This document shows positions 12,375 to 24,953 of a stretch of DNA of 64,000 bases, piece after piece. The stretch is from NCBI RefSeq assembly GCF_902713615.1, contig NC_052166.1, positions 2,094,961 to 2,158,960 on the forward strand, given 5' to 3'. Positions within the stretch are counted from its first letter, which is position 1. Every line of letters starts with the position of its first letter. This DNA comes from Scyliorhinus canicula (Eukaryota). Position numbers and translations under genes: made by a program. Below the pieces are notes generated by a model that saw nothing but the letters and a program-made list of their open reading frames with translations, was not told where the DNA came from and did not search any database.

Positions 12375-15300
12375 TGATGCGGCCATCAATTCACACGAAA
12401 CAGAGAGTAGATGTAAACTGTGGCTCTAATCAACTAGAACAGTGCCTGCCTGCGACTGACCTGCTACTGAGAGCCGCTTACAGGACAGCTGCTCTTTATA
12501 CCTCCTCTCAAGGGGCGGAGCCAGGGGCGGAGCCCACAGGGACACCAACATGATACATCACAGGTAATACCTTACAATGGTCCATAGGTGGAGCCCACAT
12601 GGGCAACAGCGTGATACAGTGACATACATGGTGAATAGTTAATGCAATACATTCACCACATTCACCCCCTGTTAACAAAATTGAAGTCCGGCGGGTGTGA
12701 AGGGTTCACAAGCTCAGCCTGTCCGGTGCCCGGATCATGCGCTGTGATTGCCGAAGCTCTGGCATCGCAGCTGGCCCGGTTGTCGAACTCATCCGTGCGG
12801 GCATGGGTAGTGAAGTTGCCGGTGCGGGCACAGATGTGGACTCCAGGAGCGTGTCTTCTGGAGCTTTGTTCCTGTGGGTCGGTGAAGGGAGAATGGAGGG
12901 CGGGAGGGGTGTGGGTGCCGTGTAGGGGCGGGGACGCTGGACGACGTAGGTTGGGGGTGGGGTAAGTTGGGTGGCGGTGGTAGTGGAACCTGCAGGTGCC
13001 AGGTCCCGGAGGGAAACCGTATCCTGTGGGCCGTCAGGGTGTTCTATGTATGCGAACTGGGGTTGGTGTGAAGGAGCTGGACACTCTCGACCAGGGGGTC
13101 GGACTTATGGCTCCTGACGTGTTTGCGGAGTTGGACGGGCCCCGGTGTCTTCAGCCAGGACGGAAGCGAGACCCCGGAGGTGGATTTCCTGGGGAAAACA
13201 AACAGGCGGTCATGAGGGGTCTCATTTGTGGCCGTGTAAAGGAAGGACCTAATAGAGTGGACGCATCGGGGAGGACCTCCTGCCAGTGGGAAACTGGGAG
13301 ATTCCTAGACCGTAGGGCCAGGAGGGCGGCCTTCCAGACCGTCGCGTTCTCCCTCTCCACCTGCCCGTTACCCCGGGGGTTATAACTGGTAGTCCTGCTC
13401 GAGGCGATGCGCTTACCGAGCAGGTACTGACACAGTTCGTCGCTCATGAACGACGAGCCCCGGTCACTGTGAACGTACGTGGGGAAACCGAACAGGGTGA
13501 AGACACTATGCAGGGTTTTAATGACGGTGGACGCGGTCATCATGGGGCAAGGGAATTGAAAATGGGAAGTGGGAGAACTCGTCAATGACGCTGAGGAAAT
13601 ACGCGTTGCGGTTGGTAGAGGGGAGGGGACCCTTGAAGTGATACTGAAGCGCTCAAAGGGCCTGGATGCCTTTACCAAGGTGGGCCTTATCCGGTCGATA
13701 GAAGTGCGGTTTACACTCCGCACAGATTTGGCAGTCCCTGGTCATGGCTCTGACCCCCTCGGTGGAGTAGGGCAGGTTGTGGGCCTTGATATAATGGACA
13801 AGCCGGGTGACCCCCGGGTGGCAGAGGTCATCGTGGATAGCCTGGAGTCGGCCATTGTGCGCGCTGGCGCATGTGCCGCGGGACAGGGCATCTGGGGGCT
13901 CATTGAGCTTCCCTGGAAGATATACTATATCGTAATTATAGGTGGTCAGTTCGATCCTTCACCTCAAGGTCTTATCATTCTTAATTTTGCCCCGCTACGT
14001 ATTATCAAACATGAAAGCTACCGATTGTTGGTCGGTGACGAGGGTAAACCTCCTACCCACGAGGTAGTGCCTCCAGTGCCGTACAGCTTCCACCAAGGAG
14101 TGTTGAATTTCAGAGGCGTTGAGGGTACGTAAAAAAAATGCTACTGGCCTGCCCGCCTGGTTAGGGCAGCATGGTAGCATTGTGGATAGCACAATCGCTT
14201 CACAGCTCCAGGGTCCCAGGTTCGATTCCGGCTTGGGTCACTGTCTGTGCGGAATCTGCACCTTCTCCCCGTGTCTGCGTGGGTTTCCTCCGGGTGCTCC
14301 GGTTTCATCCCATAGTCCAAAGATGTGCAGGTTAGGTGGATTGGCCATGATAAATTACCCTTAGTGCCCAAAATTGCCCCTTAGTGTTGGGTGGGGTTAC
14401 TGGGTTATGGGGATAGGGTGGAGCGTGTGACCTTGGTAGGGTGCTCTTCCAGGAGCCGGTTGCAGACCGATGGGGCCGAATGGCCTCCTTCTGCACTGTA
14501 AATTCTATGGTTAAATTCTATGGTTAAGGGTAGCGGCGAGGACGACCTCTGATGATTCGCTTCGCTACCTGGAAGGGGACGACTCGTCCACCGGGCACAT
14601 CGCGGCTTGGCGATGTCCGCCTTGATGCAGTTGAAGTCCTGGCGGGCCTCGTCCCCATGGGGAAGATGGTGGCCTTGATTAGTGGGCGGGCTTTGTCCGC
14701 ATAGTTGGGGACCCACAAGGGTAATAGGAAAAGAACCCGAGGAATCTTTTCAGGGCCTTGGGGCAGTGGGGAAAGGGGAGTTGCAGGAGGGGCGCATACG
14801 GTCGGGGTCGGGTCCCAGAACTCCGTTTTCCACGACGTAGCCGAGGATGGCTAGTCTGGCTGTGCAGAAAACGCATTTCTCCATGTTCTAAGTGAGGTTA
14901 AAGGTTTGGGCGGTTTGGAGAAATCTCTGGAGGTTGGCGTCATGGTCCTGCTGATCGTGGCCGCAGATGGTGACATTGTCCAAGTACGGAAATGTGGCCC
15001 GCAGCCCTTACTGGTCCACCATTCGGCCCATCATTCTTTGGAAGACCGAGACCCCATTTGTGACGCTGAAGGGGACCCGGAGGAAGTGGAAGAGGCGGCC
15101 GTCTGCCTCAAAGGCCGTGTAGTGGCCGTCCTCCGGGCGGATTGGGAGCTGGGGGTAAGCAGACTTCAGATCCACCCTGGGGAACACCTGGTAGTGTGCG
15201 ATCTGGTTAACCATGTCTGCGATCCGGGGAATGGGGTAGCATTGAGGTGCGTGTACCGGTTTATGGTTTGGATGTAGTCTACAACCATCTGGTTCTTTTC

Positions 15301-17283
15301 CCCGGTCCTGACGACCACCACCTGAGCTCTCCAGGGGCTATTGCTGGACTCAATGATCCCCTCCCGCAAGAGTCACTGGTCCTCGGGGCCTGATCAAAGT
15401 CCTGTCCTGGATACTGTACCGCCTGCTTCTGGTGGCAACTGGCTTGCAGTCAGCGGTGAGATTTGCAAAGAGTGGGGGAGGGTCGACTTTTAGGGTCGTG
15501 AGGCTACATACGGTGAATGGGGGTAGGGGCCCGCCGAACTTCAGAGTTAGGCTCCTGAGGTTATACTCAGTCCCAACAGGAGAGGGGAGCAGAGGTCGGG
15601 GAGTATGTAGCTTAAAATCGGCGTACTCGGCACCCTGTATTGCCAGGGTTGGGGTAGTGCACCCCTTGGACCTGCACCGAGTGCGACCCGGAGGCGAGGG
15701 AGATGTTTGATGTGCAGGGAAGATTGGGAGCGAGCAGAGCCTTACCATGTCTGGATGAATGAAGCTTTCCGTGCTCCCGGAGTCGAACAGGCAAGGCGTT
15801 TAGTGTCCATTTACCCGGACGGGCATCATGGAGCTCCGGAGGTGTTTGGGTCGTGACTGGTCAAGGGTGACTGCGCTGAGTTGCGGGTAGCCGGCGTGGT
15901 CGGAGGTGCTGGGGTGGTCCCAAGGTGGTTGCCCCCGTCGGTCTAACGTGTCAGGTGGCGTTGCGGCTGGTGGCCAAGATGGCGGCCCCCGTCGGTCGCA
16001 CGTGTCAGGCGGCGAGGAAGATGGCGTCCCCCATGAGTCGCACATGGCGGGCCGCGTGGGCGAGGATGGCCAAGATGGCGGCCTCCGTGAGTCACACACG
16101 TTGTGCGGGCTTGAAGATGGCTGCCCCCACAGACAACACAAGGCCTATGACGCGTCCGGGGGGGTGGAGCCGGCAGACACGCTGCCACACTGCGGAGTCT
16201 GAGGGCCTGTGAATCCGGGAGTCGGGCCTGAGATTTTGTGAAATTTGGACCTGGTCAGGCAAACTTTAGCGAAATGTCCCTTTTTACCGCAGTCGCTGCA
16301 ATTCGCGTTCCGGGCCGGGCAGCGCTGCCTGGGGTGCTGATGCTGGCCACAGAAACAGCAGGGTAGCCCCCCGGGTTGGGCGGGCAGCCGCGCGGCACAG
16401 GCCTGGGGTAGTCTTCGGTCGGGGGCCCGTGAGGGGGGGGGCGCTGATCAGACGGGAACGCGTTGAGGCTTTGGAACGCTACTTCTAGGAGGAGGCTAAC
16501 TTTACCGTCTCTTCCAGGTCCAGGGCACCTTTCTCGAGCAGGCGCGCTGTCTCACATAGTTCGACCTGACTCCAGCCACGTAGGCAATCCCGGACAGGCG
16601 AGGTCCATATATTGAGTGGCCCTAACCGGCCTGGTAGTTACAACTTCACGCAAGGACTTGAGGTCGTGTAGGTACTCCTCCAGCGATTCTCCGGGGCGTT
16701 GGCGGCGAGTAGTGAGGTGATTCTGTGCGTACACCTCGTTCACTGGCCTTACGTATAGGCGCTTCAGCATCGCGAGGGCGTCTGCGTAGGTGGAGGCTCC
16801 CTCGAGTTGTACAGAGATTCGATGGCTCACCCGGGCGTGGAGGAGGCTCAGCTTCTGTTCGTCGGAGATGGAAGGCGAGGAGGAGGCAGCGAGGTGGGCC
16901 TCGAACAGCGGAGCCAGTGCGAAAAAATCCCTTTGGCCTCCGCGGCTTGTGGGTCGAGTTCCAGTCGGTCAGGTTTGAGGGCCGAATCCATAGTGGTGTT
17001 GTAGGCGATTAATTTGATGCGACCTTCAATTCACGCGAAACAGAGAGTAGATGTAACTGTGGCTTTAATCAACTAGAACAGTGCCTGCCTGCGACTGCTC
17101 TGCTACTGAGAGCCGCCTACAGGGCTGCTGCTCTTTATACCTCCCCTCAAGGGGCGGAGCCAGGGGCAGAGCCCACAAAGGAACCAACATGATACATTCC
17201 AGGCAATATCATACAATGGTCCATAGGTGGAGCCCACATGGGCAACAGCCATGGAGAATGGTTAATGCAATACGTTCACCACA
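12375..17283 (-). mobile_element. Decayed full-length Ty3/gypsy LTR retrotransposon (gag-PR-RT-RH-IN)
   Basis: LTRs at 12375-12660 and 17015-17283 (TGTGG...GCATCA on minus), PPT at ~12661-12675, imperfect TSD gctat/gctct; gag MDSALKPDRLELDP, knuckle CSDCGKKGHFAKVC, protease LFDSGST, RT RVDLKSAY and YLDNV, integrase HSDRGSSF and YNPRGNGQVEREN; many frameshifts. Confidence 0.95.
14164..14520 (+). mobile_element. HE1/V-SINE inserted in the RNase H region of the gypsy element
   Basis: Full SINE interrupting the pol remnant. Confidence 0.9.
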
Positions 17284-17640
17284 GCTCTTCTGCTTTTTCC
17301 GCTTGCTCTGCTCATTCGGTCTCTGTCTCCTTCGGTCTCTCGCTCTCGTCTTTCTCCTCCGGCGCTGGCTTTTTATCGCCTGGCCTAGTTAGGATTGTCT
17401 CTCACAGGTCCTGTTGTCTCTGCTGCCACCTACGGGCAGCTTTCAGAAGTTTCACCTCAATGTTTGTTTTTATATATTCTGGTGATAATCAAAGGTTAGT
17501 CTGTCCAGCGCTGCATGTTCCTCATCCACTGTTGCCATTGACCTTCCTTTGTTTATCTTGAACTGTGTCTATAGGCTCTTCACTTCTAGAATAGCATTCT
17601 GCCAGTGTGGTAGTAAGCACTGTTGTATATATTAAGGGTA

Positions 17641-17837
17641 TGTTATGGTAAGGCCCTATACTACAGGTACGGGGGTAGTCTCTGCCTGCTGGCTCCGCCC
17701 AGGAGAGCGGAGTATAAATATGTGTGCTCCCCGTACAGCAGCCATTTAGCCAGCTTGCTGTAGGAGGCCACACATCTTAGTGTAATAAAGCCTCAGTTGT
17801 ATTCAACTCTCGTCTTTGTGCAATTGATCGTGCATCA
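17641..17837 (+). mobile_element. Probable solo LTR
   Basis: TG...GTGCATCA ends, internal TATAAA and AATAAA, 3' end like the LTRs at 24954 and 26534; no TSD found. Confidence 0.55.
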
Positions 17838-17899
17838 GCCATATTTACCATTTTTATTTAGGTTAATCAGATCCTGGTGTCGAAGCTCCATATGGAGTT

Positions 17900-19600
17900 T
17901 TCAGTTGATTTTATGTGTCAGTCTTCCATCTACAATGACTGGCTCACCTCCCCTCCTTCAAATACAATCACACGTAGGCAGTTGCTCTGTTTGTCTACAG
18001 AAACCGTCTTCCTTTCACAATCGTCTTGGACACTGGCACCTTAACTTCCAGGTCAGTGTAATCCTGGGACCAAGTGTGGTTGTCCCTCTTGGAGTGAGTT
18101 CGGGCTGTTTAACCTTCCTGCACCATTTCCCTCCTTGAGCTATTTCTTGTCTTTCTCTAGTTGTTGCAACCGTTTGCTGGAGATTTTTTTTAGCTCTTCC
18201 AGGTTTCCTTGCAAGCTCTGGGTTTATGAGTTTGCTGCAACTTACCACTGGGATGTCCCTGCGGGCACTGATCACCGCCCCAACTCCCAGTTTCACCTGG
18301 CCAAGTACTCGATAAGCCTGGTGGTGGTAAGGGGCCTGGAACCATCTTAGGAACCACTTTAAGCGAAAAGACATGTCTATCTCAGCCCCTGCCTGCAAGA
18401 ACCACAGATTCATCCCGGCCATGATGGACGCCATGTATAAAACCCGGAGGAGGAGGAGGAAGGGGTGTTGAGAGGGTCAGGGACTTGTATGTAGATGGCA
18501 GAGTGGCAATCCTGGGGTAAGTAATGGAGAAGCTCCAGCTTCCGATAGGGAATGAGCTCTGGCACCTTCAGGGGCCTCCGCAAGGAGGCCCCATCATTCC
18601 CCCAGTTACCCAGACACACCTTGCTGAACAGACAATTTCACAGGATGAATTAGGGGAAGAAAGTGCATGGACACAAATGTGCGACTTCTAGAGGAGGTAT
18701 GGGTCCCACTGGACGAAACAAGAGAGAGAGAGGTGGGCAGAAGAACTAGGCCTCGAGATAGGAGGAGGGCCCTGAAGCGAGATCTTGCACAGGGTGAACT
18801 TCACCTCCTTGTCCACACTATTATTTAGAAAGAAAGGACACTGCATCACTGTGATGTCCTCCAACTTGGTGAAATAAAAATATATTTAAAAGAGTTTGTT
18901 CCCCGGGTGCATGGAGACTTGGTGGTGGGCTGGGCACTGTACTTAGTACATATCCTGTTCTTTCCCATGCCCCTCCCCCCCCACCCCTTATTCATTGGTG
19001 GCTGTCTCTCCTTTGCCTTTGCCATTCAAAAGCCACTTGGCAGCGACATTCAGCCCTGGCGTACGTTGAGGTTGGTTAGGTTTTGGTGTTCATTTTCATG
19101 AAGGAGTGGGTCCGCCTTGGTGTTCTGTGTTTTCTCCTGTGCAGGCTCGACTGGCGGGGTGGGTCCCATGGTGCAGGGGAGGAAGAGTTGGCCCACCCCC
19201 CCCCAGGCCGTCCTATGGCGTGGGGAGGGGGGGGGGGGGGGGCACCTTGATGATTACTGTCTTCCCTGACTGGGACCTCCATCTTCGATGGAGACCGGAA
19301 AGTTTATTCTGACTCAATTTCTGTGCCTCAAAGGTTATCCCGTCACTCCTCGGGAGCGAGTTGTCCTCTTGTCAGTGGGGTGGCCTATTCCCTCTTTGAT
19401 GATGGATGCTTCAGGATTGCTGCGGTGGGTCAGGACCCGTTAGGTCCTGAGCTCTTGTTATCCGCTACGTTAGCGCTGGTAGCTCGTGTCCTTCCTCTTC
19501 TTCTGTGGGAGGCCCTGGGTGCCAGAACAATTTGGACCTCTTTGCTGCCGGTCCTCTCCTGTAATTTTGTAGTTATATGGATAACATTGGTTCTGGGCCT
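17900..19600 (-). mobile_element. Degraded L1-type LINE ORF2 / 3' region
   Basis: Broken minus-strand peptides resembling the shark L1 ORF2 C-terminal region; boundaries approximate. Confidence 0.4.
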
Positions 19601-19649
19601 GGGAGAGGGTTAGGTTGTGTTGTGGGGTACGTATGTAATTATCTCAGAA

Positions 19650-20240
19650 ATGGGGGACTGGATTCTCCGCCGCCCTGCTCTGAAATTCCATTTGCCGTGG
19701 GGCCGGAGAATCCAATTTTGAGCTGAAATGGGGTTGGCGGCGGTCCGGCGATTCTCCGGGACCTGTGATCGCAGAGTACTCCGGGCGGCTAGGGGGCCAT
19801 TCCCAGAGGCCCGCCCAGCGATCCTCTGCACCCAACCGGCCGAGTTCCCAACGGCGTGGTTCTAACCACTTACCGCCGTTCGGGAAACTCGCATGGCGAC
19901 GGCGAACGCAGTCCGCGGCCTGGTGGGGGTTTTGGGGGGAAATCGGATGCCGGGGGGGGGGGGGGGGGGGGGGGCATATAGCCGGCCAGGGGACAGATCG
20001 GGACGGTTGGATCTTCGGGCACGCGGCCGATCGGGGTCGGGGGTGGCTACATTTCTCATCTGCCCCCCGCGGACCGAGTCCGCCATGGCGCTTGGCGCTG
20101 CCGCTGGAGGCCGCCACCGTGCTCATGTGCGGACTCAAAACCCAAAGTGCGGGTGCTCGTATCCGCAGCTAAATCTGCGTGAATCACTCTGGGTCCCTGC
20201 TAGCCCCCTGCAGGTGAGTGAATTGGCTGATCTTTTTTAT
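19650..20240. mobile_element. Harbinger-like MITE remnant
   Basis: GC/CpG-rich segment starting ggactggattctccgccgcc, same style as the other MITEs. Confidence 0.5.
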
Positions 20241-20289
20241 AGGAATCTTCAGAGTGAAATGGCTGGGCTTTTATGTCGGTGTGGGGACA

Positions 20290-21940
20290 TCAACCCAGGA
20301 GAATGCTGAGACCCAGGCTATTAGAATAGATGGCATTGAGGTGCGTAGGGAAGAAGTGTTGGCAATTCTGGACAAGGTGAAAATAGATAAGTCCCCGGGG
20401 CCTGATGGGATTTATCCTAGGATTCTCTGGGAAGCCAGAGAAGAGATTGCTGAGCCTTTGGCTTTGATTTTTATGTCATCATTGGCTACAGGAATAGTGC
20501 CAGAGGATTGGAGGGTAGCAAATGTGGTCCCTTTGTTCAAGAAGGGGAGTAGAGATAACCCCGGTAACTATAGGCCGGTGAGCCTCATGTCTGTTGTGGG
20601 TAAAGTCTTGGAGAGGATTATAAAAGATACGATTTATAATCATCTAGATAGGAATAATATGATTAGGGATAGTCAGCATGGTTTTGTGAAGGTAGGTCAT
20701 GCCTCACAAACCTTATCGAGTTCTTTGAGAAGGTGACTGAACAGGTAGACGAGGGTAGAGCAGTTGATGTGGTGTATATGGATTTCAGTAAAGCGTTTGA
20801 TAAGGTTCCCCACGGTCGGCTATTGCAGAAAATACGGAGGTTGGGGATCGAGGGTGATTTAGAGATGTGGATCAGAAATTGGCTAGTTGAAAGAAGACAG
20901 AGGGTGGTGGTTGATGGCAAATGTTCAGAATGGAGTTCAGTTACGAGTGGCGTACCACAAGGATCTGTTCTGGGGCCGTTGCTGTTTGTCATTTTTATAA
21001 ATGACCTAGAGGAGGGCACAGGAGGTTGGGTGAGTAAATTTGCAGATGACACTAAAGTCGGTGGAGTTGTAGACAGTGTGGAAGGATGTTGCAGGTTACA
21101 GAGGGATATAGATAAGCTGCAGAGCTGGGCTGAGAGGTGGCAAATGGAGTTTAATGTAGAGAAGTGTGAGGTGATTCACTTTGGAAAGAAAAACAGGAAT
21201 GCGGAATATTTGGCTAATGGTAAAATTCTTGGCAGTGTGGATGAGCAGAGGGATCTCGGTGTCCATGTACATAGATCCCTGAAAGTTGCCACCCAGGTTG
21301 ATAGGGTTGTGAAGAAGGCCTATGGTGTGTTGGCCTTTATTGGTAGAGGGATTGAGTTCCGGAGCCATGAGGTCATGTTGCAGCTGTACAAAACTCTGGT
21401 ATGGCCGCATTTGGAGTATTGCGTACAGTTCTGGTCGCCTCATTATAGGAAGGACGTGGAAGCTTTGGAACGGGTGCAGAGGAGATTTACCAGGATATTG
21501 CCTGGTATGGAGGGAAAATCTTATGAGGAAAGGCTGATGGACTTGAGGTTGTTCTCGTTAGAGAGAAGAAGGTTAAGAGGTGACTTAATAGAGGCATACA
21601 AAATGATCAGAGGGTTAGATAGGGTGGACAGTGAGAGCCTTCTCCCGCGGATGGAGGTGGCTAGCACGAGGGGACATAGCCTTAAATTGAGGGGTAATAG
21701 ATATAGGACAGAGGTCAGAGGTAGGTTTTTTACGCAAAGAGTGGTGAGGCCGTGGAATGCCCTACCTGCAACAGTAGTGACCTCGCCAACATTGAGGGCA
21801 TTTAAAAGTTTATTGGATAAGCATATGGATGATAATGGCATAGTGTGGGTTAGATGGCCTTTAGTTTTTGACTTCCCATGTCGGTGCAACATCGTGGGCC
21901 GAAGGGCCTGTACTGCGCTGTATCATTCTATGTTCTATGT
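20290..21940 (+). mobile_element. Young 5'-truncated CR1 LINE, RT nearly intact (one frameshift at ~20695)
   Basis: ORFs 20218-20736 and 20733-22214: KSPGPDGIYPRIL, NYRPVSL, VYMDFSKAFDKVPH, GVPQGSVLGPLLF, FADDTK, FFTQRVVRPWNALP; 3' tail ctatgttctatgtt. Confidence 0.97.
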
Positions 21941-22104
21941 TCATTGTAGGAGAATCCAGCCTGGGGCTCTTGTGGATTTTCTGTTTTTTTTTGTCAATTT
22001 GAGAGTGATAAATCCACTCGGCTTCTGCGTGGGTGCGACTAGGTCTGACTGCCGAAGGAGAGGGCTATGTTGGGTCACTGATGCCTGTGCTGCAGCTGGG
22101 GCCG

Positions 22105-22380
22105 AGGGTGGCACAGTGGTTAGCACTGCTGCCTCACAGCACCAGGGGCCCCGGGTTCAATTTCAGCCTTGGGTGACTGTGTGGAGTTTGCATAGTCTCC
22201 CTGCATCTGTGTGAATTTCGTCCGGATGCTCTGGTTTCCTCCCACAGTCCAAAGATGTGCAGCTGAGATGCGGTCACAGGGACCGGGCGAGGGAATGGGC
22301 TGGGGCAGAGTGCTCTGTCAGAGGGATCAGGCAGACTTGATGGGCCGAATAGCCTCCATCTATACTGTAGGGATTCTATG
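22105..22380 (+). mobile_element. HE1/V-SINE (diverged)
   Basis: ggtggcacagtggttagcactg head and core. Confidence 0.75.
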
Positions 22381-22665
22381 ACTTGTTGGTATGTACTGAT
22401 GGTTGTAGCCCTGGATGGCGTGGGAGAGTGTGAACCGTTGTGTCATGTTTATTATGATCATATCCTATTCTTCCTCCAGTTCTTGGTGGGGGTCATGAGA
22501 GTGTTCGGCTTTGTCTATGGATTGTGCGGAGCCAGTTATGATGCTGTTCTCCTGTGCCACCCTGTGGCCATGTATGTTAAGCTGTTTATTTGCTTCTTTT
22601 TCTATGACTTAGTTGCGTCAATTTCTAAAATGTAAAATCCCAATAAATAAACGTTAAAAAAAATT
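22380..22665 (+). mobile_element. L1-like 3' end with polyadenylation signal and A tail
   Basis: T-rich UTR, then aataaataaacgttaaaaaaaa. Confidence 0.5.
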
Positions 22666-22939
22666 ATTTCCCAGGATGTGGGCGTCGCTGGGCAAGGCTG
22701 GCATTTGTTGCCCATCCCGAATTGCCCCTTGAACTGAGTGCTTCGTTTGGGCCATTTCAGGAGGCAGTTAAGCGACGGTCACATTGCTGTGGGGGTCTGG
22801 AGTCACATGTAGGCCAGACCGGGTAAGGACGGCAGATTTCCTTCCCGATAGGGCATTAGTGAACCAAGAGGATTTTAATGACAATCGACGATAGTTTCAT
22901 GGTTGGCATTACTGAGACTAGATTTCAATTCCCGATTCA

Positions 22940-23585
22940 TTAATTCAATTTAATTCCATCAGCTGCCGCGGTGGGATTTGAAGCCGGAAATACATGTCCT
23001 CTTTCCCTGATTTCTCTCTTTCCCTATCTATGTCCTTCTCTTCCACTTTCTCTACCTCCCCGATTATCTCTATTTCTCTGCCTCTCCTTCCGCTATCATT
23101 TTCCTCCCATTCACTTCGATCACCGACACCACTCATTCCTCCTTACTACTATTACCTATCACCTCCCAACCAAGGCTCCCACTCTGGAAGTGACTGGAGC
23201 CCACGCCGCTTCTGTCCCCTGCTCAACCCTCCATATTTATCTCCTCTCTAGGCTCGACGATTCGCAGGCCGAACCACCGCTGGGTACCCTCATAAACTGC
23301 AACTTGTCCAAAGCCTGGTCAGGCGTACCCTTCCCCAGAGTGAACCCCCCCCTCCCACCTCACACAACAGTCACATCTTTGTTAACTCATATTGGTCCCT
23401 CTCCCTCATACCCTGCCCCCCCCCCCTCCCAATCCCCATACCACCCCCAGATCCCATCTGAAATCACATCATTAACTTCAAATGAAAGCTGAAAATGTTG
23501 GATGAACTCAGCAAGTTTGGCAGCATCTGGGGAGAGAGAAATGTAATTAATGTATCGAGTCCGTATAACTCTTCTCAGAGCATTA
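22940..23585. mobile_element. Penelope-like element remnant
   Basis: aaaatgttggatgaactcagcaagtttggcagcatctg resembles the common shark Penelope terminal repeat; a reverse-type copy lies at ~46590-46710. Confidence 0.45.
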
Positions 23586-24239
23586 ATTTCAAATTCCTCC
23601 TTAACAATGGCCCCTTCCGAATTGTGGTAACACCCAGCTTGCTTTCATCAGACGTGGCACTACAAAGAATGAGGAGCATGGATTAAGAATATCCTGGGAG
23701 TTTCCATTCACCACAAATTCAATTGGATACCATCCAGGACCCACCAGCCCTGCTTGAATGACACCCCACCACCATCTTCAATATTCACCTCCGACGCACA
23801 GCGGCAAGCTCGTTTACTGTCTACAAGGTGCACTGCAGGAACTCACCGCCCAGAAAAAAAAGGGGGCGTAAGAATACTGGTCCTTCCTGGATGAGGCAAC
23901 ATGGCCACCACCTTCCAAACCCACTACCATCTAGAAGGACCAGGGCAGCAGATACTTGGGATCCCCCTCCCAGCCCCTCATCATCCCGACTTGGAAATAT
24001 ATCACTGTGCCTTCACTGTCGCTGGGTCAAAACCCTGGAACTTCTTCCCTAACAGCACGGTGGGTGTACCTACACCACACAGGGATTGAGGTGGGTTCAC
24101 GAAGGCGGCTCGCCCATGACCTTCTCAAGGGGCAATTAGGGACGGGCAACAAATGCTGGGCCTGAGCCAGCGACGCCAGCATCTTGGGAAATAATTTTTT
24201 TAAAGATTCACACACCTTGGGCCGATTATCACAGGCGAT

Positions 24240-24530
24240 GGGAATTGGACTGTGAGGTCTGATGGAGAATTGAGAGAGCCAAGGCTGGCTTTTAAGAAAG
24301 CTTTGACAGAATGAAGGACGTACTGACATCAAAGAAACAGAACCTGAATATTGGGAAAATAGTGCTGAGGTGCTACATTTTGACGTCTAGGTCATATATC
24401 ACATTGGCAACAAACAAAGAGACTATTGATAAGACAAATGCATTTGGCACGTGGATGTACAGGAGAACGTTCCACGTGACCTGCACAGAAAGAATAATGA
24501 GGAAAGTGCTGGTTAGAGATGTTTAATGTT
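24240..24530 (+). mobile_element. RTE-type LINE C-terminal fragment
   Basis: KIVLRCYI...TNAFGTWMYRR resembles the RTE RT C-terminus. Confidence 0.55.
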
Positions 24531-24953
24531 ACCTGTCAGAAAAAATTATCTCAATGTTTTGTGAGGAAGGGGGAATGTGGTGATATGCCTATGGGCTATA
24601 TCATAGCTGGATGGTGTGCGAACTCCAACCAGCAGATGGTGGTACAGACACACCATGCGGCCTCTAGACCAAGGTCATGTGAAGGTGATCCAAGATGGTA
24701 GGGGTCACAACAGAGAGACAGTGAGTGAGGGACTGAGGGCCACCCAACATGGCGGAGGTTCGGCTTACTAACTGTGTACAGATTGAACACAGTTATGATC
24801 ACTATTTCCAACAACCTATGGGGCTATAACTAAATGCACCACTTGCAACCTGACAGAGAGGAGGCCAATGGATCACTATCCTAATGACCTGCAGCCAGTT
24901 GCTCCTTATTGGGGTGATATGCCTGAGCACAGTTTTGTATATAGTTAGCAATG

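Noticed and set aside
20733-22214. 493-aa ORF as a host gene or active LINE
   Set aside because: CR1 RT C-terminus, 5'-truncated, without endonuclease or ORF1 and frameshifted at ~20695; it reads through into flanking DNA.
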